NCBI GenBank assembly: GCA_934747965.1
Contig: CAKVHI010000003.1
Span: forward strand, 14,850-38,849
Direction: 5' to 3'
DNA length: 24,000 nt
DNA from: an uncultured Clostridia bacterium
Lineage (GTDB): Bacteria; Bacillota; Clostridia; Christensenellales; UBA1242
Positions 1 through 6,532 of this stretch are shown piece after piece. Made by a program: the position numbers and the translations under genes. The notes beneath the pieces are model-generated. The model saw only the letters and a program-made list of their open reading frames with translations, was not told the origin of the DNA and did not search any database. The first letter of the stretch is position 1. The number at the start of each line of letters is the position of its first letter.

Positions 1-25
1 ATTATATATTTTTTAGAGGTGTAAC

Positions 26-1312
26 ATGATAGACATAGAATTAATCAGAAAAAATCCTAATCTTGTTAAGGAAAACATTAAAAAGAAATTTCAAGATGAA
101 AAAATTTCACTCGTAGATAGTGTTGCCAAACTTGATAAAGAAAATCGTGAATATAAGCAAAAAATTGATGATTTAAGGGCAATGAGAAAAAATAAAAGTG
201 CTGAAATTGGAAATTTAATGAAAAATAAAGAACTTGACAAAGCAAATGCTTTGAAAGAAGAAGTTTCAAAAATTAACATTAGCATTGAAGAATTTGAAAA
301 TAAACAGGTTGAACTTGAATCACAGATTAAAAACATTATGATGAAAATTCCAAACATAATTGATAGTAGTGTTCCTGTTGGAAAAGATGACAGTGAAAAT
401 GTTGAAAATGAACGCTTTGGCGAAGCTAAAGTCCCAAATTTTGAAATTCCTTATCATGCTGATATTTTGGAAAGTTTTTGTGGTTTAGACAAAGAAAGTG
501 CTGCCAGAACAAGTGGAAATGGCTTTTATTATTTAATGGGAACACCTGCAAGAGTTGTTACTGCAATGATAAATTATGCTCGTGATTACATGATAGACAA
601 AGGCTTTATTTATTGCATACCACCTTTTATGATAAGAAGTGATGTTGTTAATGGTGTTATGAGTTTTGCCGAAATGAATGCAATGATGTATAAAATCGAA
701 GGTGAAGATTTATACTTGATTGGAACAAGTGAACACAGCATGATTGGAAGATTTAAAGACACAATTTTGAAGGAAAGTGAACTTCCTATAAGAATGACAA
801 GTTATAGTCCTTGTTTCAGAAAAGAAGTTGGCGCACATGGCATTGAAGAGCGTGGAATTTATCGTGTGCATCAATTTGAAAAACAAGAAATGATTGTTAT
901 TTGTAAACCCGAAGAAAGTATGGACTTTTACAACAAAATGTGGTCTTACACTGTTGAAATTTTCAGAAACCTAAACATTCCTGTAAGGACCCTTGAGTGT
1001 TGTAGTGGCGACCTTGCCGACCTTAAGGTTAAAAGTTGTGATGTTGAGGCATGGAGCCCAAGACAACAAAAATATTTCGAAGTTGGCTCTTGCTCAACTC
1101 TTGGCGATGCTCAAAGTCGTAGGCTTGGAATTAGAGTTAAAGGTGCAAACGGCAATTATTATCCTCACACACTTAACAACACGGTTTTGGCTTCAACAAG
1201 AGCTTTAATAGCCTTTCTTGAGAACAATCTTAATGCTGATGGCTCAGTTACAATTCCTGAAGTTTTAAGACCATATTTGGGTGGAATGGAAAAAATTGAA
1301 AAGGTTAAGTAA
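26..1312 (+). CDS. serS: seryl-tRNA synthetase
   Basis: 428-aa ORF with an ATG start and an AGAGGTG RBS upstream. It has an N-terminal coiled-coil arm (K/E-rich, residues ~25-105). Class II aaRS core motifs are present: SPCFRKEVGAHG..RGIYRVHQFEKQE (motif 2 region) and GSCSTLGDAQSRRLGIR...NNTVLASTRALIAFLENN (motif 3 region). Confidence 0.95.
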   Translation: MIDIELIRKNPNLVKENIKKKFQDEKISLVDSVAKLDKENREYKQKIDDLRAMRKNKSAEIGNLMKNKELDKANALKEEVSKINISIEEFENKQVELESQIKNIMMKIPNIIDSSVPVGKDDSENVENERFGEAKVPNFEIPYHADILESFCGLDKESAARTSGNGFYYLMGTPARVVTAMINYARDYMIDKGFIYCIPPFMIRSDVVNGVMSFAEMNAMMYKIEGEDLYLIGTSEHSMIGRFKDTILKESELPIRMTSYSPCFRKEVGAHGIEERGIYRVHQFEKQEMIVICKPEESMDFYNKMWSYTVEIFRNLNIPVRTLECCSGDLADLKVKSCDVEAWSPRQQKYFEVGSCSTLGDAQSRRLGIRVKGANGNYYPHTLNNTVLASTRALIAFLENNLNADGSVTIPEVLRPYLGGMEKIEKVK

Positions 1313-2253
1313 TGGACCAATTAAAGAAAGCAATCATAAATGATTTTGTTAAAGTAAAAAATAAAGAAGATGAAAAAAATTTTAATTTAGTATTAAAAAA
1401 ACTAAATGGTTTTTTAACATTATTTTTTAACAAAACAAAGCAAGAATTTGAAAATAAAATTGATTTTAAAGCCAATTTAATTGGTGACATAAGCATAAAA
1501 TCTAATTACGATTTTTTGGACAACGCTACAATTATGATTGATTATTTCGGAAATAGTGATGATTTGACTTACAGTGAAAGTTACAGCAAAAAGTCTGAAA
1601 TAGGAAAGATGTTGCAAGATAGTATGCATCCAACAAAAATAGCAATTCCTACGACTCAAGATTTGATTTCGAATCTTTATTATTACTTATCATTAAACAC
1701 AAAAGATATGTCATTATTTCAACGCAAAAATGGCATATCCTTAAAGTTTTTTGACTTTAAATTCTTCATTTTTTTTACTTTTGCAAGTCAAAACAATAAT
1801 AACCAAGAATTTGAAATTAAGGGTAAATCTTATAATTTTAATTTTGAATTATTGCATAAAAATTTGCTACAAAAAAACAAAGAAACTAAAGGTAAATTCT
1901 TTGATTTGGTCAAATTTTTTAAGATAATTGAGCGAGAGTTATCACTACTTAGCAAATTAAATTTAAACGCCTCAAAAAACCTTTATTTTTATGAAAATTT
2001 ATTATATAGTTTGGATAATAAAATTTTTGAAGGTGAATATATTTATGATATTTTTCTTAAAATCTACGATTATTTATTCAAAGTTTATAAGTATGAAAAT
2101 TTTGACAATTTAAAAAATGCTGAAAATAACCCCTTGTTTTTAGATAAGGAATATAAACTATTCGCAAAATATTATATTACAAAATATGACCTTAAACTTG
2201 TTTTAAAGCAAAGTAAAATTTTTATTGATAACATTGATGAAATTATAAAGTAA
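1312..2253 (+). CDS. hypothetical protein (313 aa), translationally coupled to serS
   Basis: The ATG overlaps the serS TAA stop by 1 nt (TAATG), and an AAGG RBS lies inside the serS 3' end. The frame is open for 313 codons. The protein is very N/K/F/Y/I-rich and I recognise no confident family. The layout is loosely reminiscent of pol-beta-type nucleotidyltransferases (see findings). Confidence 0.6.
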   Translation: MDQLKKAIINDFVKVKNKEDEKNFNLVLKKLNGFLTLFFNKTKQEFENKIDFKANLIGDISIKSNYDFLDNATIMIDYFGNSDDLTYSESYSKKSEIGKMLQDSMHPTKIAIPTTQDLISNLYYYLSLNTKDMSLFQRKNGISLKFFDFKFFIFFTFASQNNNNQEFEIKGKSYNFNFELLHKNLLQKNKETKGKFFDLVKFFKIIERELSLLSKLNLNASKNLYFYENLLYSLDNKIFEGEYIYDIFLKIYDYLFKVYKYENFDNLKNAENNPLFLDKEYKLFAKYYITKYDLKLVLKQSKIFIDNIDEIIK

Positions 2254-2343
2254 AAGAAACAAGATACATTAAAATTCAAGTGATATTGCAAACATAATTT
2301 ATAAAACAAGTAAATCTTTTCATTATATAAAGTTTAATGTTTT

Positions 2344-2369
2344 ATTACTATGCAAAAATATTTAGTAAT
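2344..2369. repeat. degenerate palindrome carrying the TACTATGCAAAA motif
   Basis: The sequence is ATTACTATGCAAAAATATTTAGTAAT, with outer 7-bp arms ATTACTA/TAGTAAT that are perfectly complementary. The left half is identical to the half-site of the palindromes at 3492-3514 and 17264-17309. Confidence 0.5.
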
Positions 2370-2464
2370 TTGTTATTTATGTTTTATACCAAATTATAAA
2401 AAATTTTAATATAGATTATAAAAAATTTAAAAAGTTATAAATTTTTGTTAAATATTTACCTTTT

Positions 2465-2492
2465 TATTCGCAAAATCTGTATTTTGCGAATA
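2465..2492. repeat. perfect inverted repeat (12-bp arms, 4-nt loop); possible bidirectional terminator-like hairpin
   Basis: The sequence is TATTCGCAAAAT-ctgt-ATTTTGCGAATA, flanked by TTTT on the left and AGTTTTAT on the right. It lies about 210 nt downstream of the 1312-2253 ORF in a 516-bp non-coding gap. Confidence 0.4.
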
Positions 2493-2769
2493 GTTTTATA
2501 AATCAATTTTTTAATTCTCTACTCTACTATTCACAATTTTTATAATAAATTATCTAAAAATTATGTTATTCATTCCAAAAAAATAGGTATTAACCACAAA
2601 AATTTCAAACTTGTTAATCAACCATTGAAAGCGTATTTTTTGTGTCTGTAGAGCTATAAAGCTTCTGTCATACATTTTGTCCAACCTGTTTAATTTACCA
2701 AACCACTGTATATAGTTAGTTAAAAATCAAAATTCAAAATATTGAGTTTAAATTATTTTAACTTTCCTT

Positions 2770-3447
2770 TTAAATTAGTAAATTAAGTAAAAAGCCACAT
2801 TTTTTGAGTTGCTGTTGCATAACTTTATGGTTAGGTTCAACTCGTTTTAATTCCATATAAAAGTTTTCACTATGATTTAATTCAACTAAATGTGTTAATT
2901 CGTGAAATATAACATGGTCAATTAATTCATGAGATAAAAACAAAAGTTTATAATTCAAAAATATATTTTTTTTGCTGTCACACATTCCCCATTTTGCTTT
3001 GCTGTTTATTATAGAAACACTTTTACAGTTTAATTTCATAAAGTTAAGCAATTCTTTTGTTCTGTCTATCAAAATTATTTCAGCATTTTGTATGTAAAAC
3101 TCTTTCAATGCTTTAATTAGCCTTGAAGTTGAAAAATTGAGTTTTTGAGGCAAACATAAGGCATTATCAGTTAATTCGATTTCAGCTTGATTTTTAATAA
3201 AGATAACTGGGTATTTTTTACCTAAAAACAAGACTTCTTCATAATTTAATAAATTTTGATTTATCTCTAGAGTGCTTTTAATTTGAGTTTGCTTTTGAGT
3301 TATCCACTTCTCTTTTTCACATATAAAATTAAAAACTTTGTTTAAGTCAACATCTTTTGGTGCAGAAACAATTAACTGCCCACTTTTATTTATTTTAAGT
3401 GAAATATTTTTTCTGTTGCTCAAAATCAATTTATCGGGTTTTATCAT
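2770..3447 (-). CDS. YgjP/DUF45-family (M48-like, SprT-like) zinc metallopeptidase
   Basis: 225-aa ORF with an ATG start. The C-terminal motif HELTHLVELNHSENFY matches the HExxH..NHS..F signature of the YgjP/DUF45 family. No Shine-Dalgarno sequence is visible upstream, so the mRNA may be leaderless or weakly initiated. Confidence 0.85.
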   Translation of the reverse strand: MIKPDKLILSNRKNISLKINKSGQLIVSAPKDVDLNKVFNFICEKEKWITQKQTQIKSTLEINQNLLNYEEVLFLGKKYPVIFIKNQAEIELTDNALCLPQKLNFSTSRLIKALKEFYIQNAEIILIDRTKELLNFMKLNCKSVSIINSKAKWGMCDSKKNIFLNYKLLFLSHELIDHVIFHELTHLVELNHSENFYMELKRVEPNHKVMQQQLKKCGFLLNLLI

Positions 3448-3491
3448 GTATTAATTTTATCATATTTTGCAAAAAAATAAAACAAAATTAA

Positions 3492-3514
3492 TACTATGCA
3501 AAATTTGCATAGTA
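3492..3514. promoter_or_regulatory. 23-bp perfect palindrome (candidate operator) between divergent genes
   Basis: The sequence is TACTATGCAAA-A-TTTGCATAGTA, with 11-bp arms around one central base. It ends 6 bp upstream of the -35 box of the padR-like gene and lies 45 bp from the divergent YgjP-like start codon. Confidence 0.55.
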
Positions 3515-3520
3515 ATTATA

Positions 3521-3549
3521 TTGACAAATTTTTTATTATTTTATATAAT
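3521..3549 (+). promoter_or_regulatory. sigma-A-type promoter of the padR-like gene
   Basis: Consensus TTGACA (3521-3526), a 17-nt spacer and TATAAT (3544-3549). A GGAG RBS follows at 3564-3567 and the ATG at 3576. Confidence 0.7.
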
Positions 3550-3575
3550 AAAAACAAATTAATGGAGTTATTCAA

Positions 3576-5501
3576 ATGAAAAGTAGCGTTGTTAGCGGTG
3601 AAAACCGTGGTAGTGTGAATGAAATTTTGTTAAAAGCCCTTCAAAGTGGCGATAAGTATGGTTATGAAATTAATAAAGAAATAGAAATTAAGAGTGCTGG
3701 TAAGTTTTTTTTGAAAGAAGCAAGTTTATATTCTGGATTGAAGCGCTTAGAAGCTGGTGGTTTTATTTCTTCTTATTGGCAAGATGGTGATCTTGGAATT
3801 AGAAGGCATTACTACTCTATAACTCAAAAAGGTCTTAATAAACTTAATGCTTCTAACTTCACTTGGGATAGTTCAAAAGAATTTTTAGGAGAAATGTTTA
3901 AAAATCAAAAATTGGAAGATATAAAAACTAATTTTTCAAATGAAAAAGTTTCTTTAAGCAATTCATCAAATGTTGCACAAGCAGAAAATACTGAAATGAA
4001 AAAAAATCCTTTTCAAATTGAAGTGAGCCCTTTTCAACAAAGTTTTTTTGATTTTAATTCTGAAAATCAAGAAAATAAAAATCAAAATGCTGATAATAAC
4101 AACCAAAACGCTATTAACAACAGCCAATATCTTCAACAAGAACAAATAAACTCAAATGTATGCGAAGAAAAAGTTGAAAGCCAAGTTTCTGAAAATGAAA
4201 ATTTAAAACCAAATGCACAATCTTTTGAACCTAAACAAACAGAAATAGAAAAACAAAAAGAGAATTTTGATGAAAACTTCCTAAATATTGTTAATCAAAA
4301 AGAATTAGATAATAAAGCCGATGAAGTGAACAATAATTTAAGTTATGAAAAACTTATAAACAACTACGAAAATAATAATTACACTACTTCCCTTCAAAAA
4401 GAAAATGTGATTGATATTTCAAATTTGTTTAACTCTAAAATAAATGAATCAAGCATAATTATTAACAAATCAAACGATAATAAGCAAGAAAATGAAGGAA
4501 ATCAAAGTGGCAAAATTTTAGAAAACGATAATAAAAATAATGATGAGATTCTGTCAAACTCTGACATTAAAGCCAAAGAACAAGTTAGCCTAGAAAACAA
4601 AGTTGATGAAAATTCTGGCAGTGATAATTCTGTTGCAAACAAAGAAAATTCGCTTGATTTTAAAAACATTTTTGGCTCACTGCTTGCTGATGAAAATAAA
4701 GAAGAAAAGGTTATTTCTGGGCAAATTGAAAATGATGAAACTTTAGAAAAAAAGGTTGAAGAAACTGTTGAATCTCCAAAGCCTGAACTTCCAAGGATAA
4801 ATGTTGATGATGATGTTAATGTTATGTTAAAAACAGAAAAGAATTTCTATAACAATGATTACTCAAAAAATCAAATTCAAAGCCGAAGTTATCAAGACAA
4901 AATTGTTCAGAGTAACGACAACAGCAAAGGTGTTAAGCAATACATAAACAATGTTCACAAACAAACGTTAATTTCTAGGGCAACAAAAATCACTGAAGAA
5001 GTTAATTTGGAAGGAATAAATATAAGAGAATATTCAAAAATGAATAACAAACTTATTAGAAATTCAAACTATATTTATTCAAACAAACTAAATTTTGTTT
5101 TAGCAATAATTTTGTCGTTGTTAATTGTTACTGAAAGCATTATTTCTTTTGTTGTTCTAAGCAAATTTAACCTACTACAAACTTTTGAAATTGTTATTTT
5201 CACGCTAAGTTTACTTGCAGGATTGTTAATTAGTTTTATTTATTCTTTAAAGTTTTTTAAAGACAAATTTAAGGTTGACACAAAAAAATACAATTTTAAA
5301 ACACAATTATTTTATTTTTGCTTAATTTTTGTTGTAAGTTTTGTTTTGATTTTATGTATAAACATATTTGCAGGCATGAACGTCAATAATTCGTTTGATT
5401 TTAAAATGAAAATTATTATGGAAACATTGATGCTTTCAAATTTTATTGCCTACCCTTTGATTAAATTATTACTTTACAAATCAAAATATTTTTCAAACTA
5501 A
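3576..5501 (+). CDS. membrane-anchored PadR-family transcriptional regulator (wHTH + long low-complexity linker + 4 TM helices)
   Basis: Residues ~14-95 (EILLKALQSGDKYGYEINKEI...ASLYSGLKRLEAGGFISSYWQ...RRHYYSITQKGLNKL) match the PadR winged-helix pattern. Residues ~100-500 are N/E/K/Q/S-rich low complexity. The C-terminus has four hydrophobic segments (LNFVLAIILSLLIV.., FEIVIFTLSLLAGLLISFIY, LFYFCLIFVVSFVLILCINIF, IIMETLMLSNFIAYPLIKLLL). Confidence 0.8.
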   Translation: MKSSVVSGENRGSVNEILLKALQSGDKYGYEINKEIEIKSAGKFFLKEASLYSGLKRLEAGGFISSYWQDGDLGIRRHYYSITQKGLNKLNASNFTWDSSKEFLGEMFKNQKLEDIKTNFSNEKVSLSNSSNVAQAENTEMKKNPFQIEVSPFQQSFFDFNSENQENKNQNADNNNQNAINNSQYLQQEQINSNVCEEKVESQVSENENLKPNAQSFEPKQTEIEKQKENFDENFLNIVNQKELDNKADEVNNNLSYEKLINNYENNNYTTSLQKENVIDISNLFNSKINESSIIINKSNDNKQENEGNQSGKILENDNKNNDEILSNSDIKAKEQVSLENKVDENSGSDNSVANKENSLDFKNIFGSLLADENKEEKVISGQIENDETLEKKVEETVESPKPELPRINVDDDVNVMLKTEKNFYNNDYSKNQIQSRSYQDKIVQSNDNSKGVKQYINNVHKQTLISRATKITEEVNLEGINIREYSKMNNKLIRNSNYIYSNKLNFVLAIILSLLIVTESIISFVVLSKFNLLQTFEIVIFTLSLLAGLLISFIYSLKFFKDKFKVDTKKYNFKTQLFYFCLIFVVSFVLILCINIFAGMNVNNSFDFKMKIIMETLMLSNFIAYPLIKLLLYKSKYFSN

Positions 5502-5508
5502 ACAAATT

Positions 5509-5526
5509 TGTAAATTAATATTTACA
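5509..5526. promoter_or_regulatory. inverted repeat overlapping the -35 box of the ABC promoter (candidate operator)
   Basis: The sequence is TGTAAAT-taat-ATTTACA, with 7-bp perfect arms. The right arm contains the TTTACA -35 hexamer. Confidence 0.45.
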
Positions 5527-5549
5527 TCTTTATTATGTTGTGCTATAAT
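5521..5549 (+). promoter_or_regulatory. sigma-A-type promoter (extended -10) for the ABC transporter genes
   Basis: TTTACA (5521-5526), a 17-nt spacer and TGcTATAAT (TATAAT at 5544-5549). An AGGAG RBS precedes the ATG at 5568. Confidence 0.6.
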
Positions 5550-5567
5550 TTTTTATTAGGAGTTTAA

Positions 5568-6515
5568 ATGGAAAAAAAATCAAATTGCGTTTTGTCTGTT
5601 CAAGGTGTTACAAAAATATTTGGAAAAGAAAGAGCGGCAGTAAATAATGTTTCTTTTAACATCTTTGCAGGCGAAATTTATGGCTTGATAGGTCAAAATG
5701 GTGCTGGAAAAACCACTATTATAAGGGTTATTACTGGTCTTGCTAAAGCCACTAGCGGAAAAGTTTTTATTTGTGGTTATGATATTGAAAAAGATTTTCA
5801 AAAAGCAATTAAAAATGTTGGCGGAATAATTGAAAACCCTGAATTATATTCTTACATGAGCGGAATGGATAACCTTAAATATTATGCTTCTCTTTATGGA
5901 AAGGTTGACAAGAATGAAATTGATAAAATAGTTGGCATGCTTGGAATGGAAAATCGAATAAATGACAAGGTTAAAACCTATTCCTTAGGCATGAAGCAAA
6001 GAGTTGGTATCTGCCAAGCCCTACTTCATCATCCTAAGTTGTTGATTTTGGATGAGCCAACAAATGGACTAGACCCAAATGGCATAAAAGATATGCGTAT
6101 GTTTTTAAAAAAACTTGCAAAAGAACAAGGAATTGCAATTTTAATATCAAGTCATATTCTTGCGGAAATGGAATTAATTTGTGATAGAATTGGCATTATT
6201 GACAATGGAATGATTATAGAAAACAAAACAATGGAAGAATTGCAACAGGGCTTAAATTCTAAACTTCAAGTTTCAATAAAAGTTGATTATCCAAATTATG
6301 CTGGAAAAATTTTATTAGATAAATATCCTGATGCTTCTGTGTTCTGCATAGGAAATCGAGTTATTATTGAAACTAAAAATGAGCAAATTCCAATAATTAC
6401 TTCTGTTTTGATAAATAAAGGCATTTCTATTTATGGAATAAGCACAGTAACTAGAAGTTTGGAAGATATATTCCTTGACATCGTACACAAAGGAAAAGAA
6501 CAAAATATTTTATAG
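5568..6515 (+). CDS. ABC transporter ATP-binding protein (ABC-2/CcmA-like subfamily)
   Basis: Walker A GQNGAGKTT, Q-loop, ABC signature YSLGMKQR, Walker B LLILDEPTNGLD and H-loop SSHIL are present. There is a C-terminal extension of about 90 aa. Confidence 0.95.
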   Translation: MEKKSNCVLSVQGVTKIFGKERAAVNNVSFNIFAGEIYGLIGQNGAGKTTIIRVITGLAKATSGKVFICGYDIEKDFQKAIKNVGGIIENPELYSYMSGMDNLKYYASLYGKVDKNEIDKIVGMLGMENRINDKVKTYSLGMKQRVGICQALLHHPKLLILDEPTNGLDPNGIKDMRMFLKKLAKEQGIAILISSHILAEMELICDRIGIIDNGMIIENKTMEELQQGLNSKLQVSIKVDYPNYAGKILLDKYPDASVFCIGNRVIIETKNEQIPIITSVLINKGISIYGISTVTRSLEDIFLDIVHKGKEQNIL

Positions 6516-6532
6516 TTTTTAAAGGAAATTTT

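Noticed and set aside
2393-2446. Direct repeats ATTATAAAAAATTT (two copies plus a partial third) as a possible CRISPR array or iterons
   Set aside because: There are only about 2.5 copies and the sequence is pure A/T low complexity in a spacer counted at about 8-13% G+C. Repeat length and spacing are unlike CRISPR, and there are no cas genes. I kept it only as a note within the gap finding.
2550-2675. 41-codon minus-strand ORF (MYDRSFIALQTQKIRFQWLINKFEIFVVNTYFFGMNNIIFR) in the G+C-richer part of the long gap
   Set aside because: It has no convincing Shine-Dalgarno sequence and no recognisable motif, and it is below the length at which chance ORFs are rare. It might be a gene remnant, but I cannot support a CDS call.
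3900-5050. Low-complexity A/T-rich DNA in the middle of the padR-like ORF, considered as a tandem repeat, intergenic DNA or a frameshifted two-gene fusion
   Set aside because: The frame is continuously open. I see no exact DNA tandem repeat unit, only compositional bias (N/E/K/Q codons). I therefore treated it as a disordered linker, but re-sequencing would be the decisive check.
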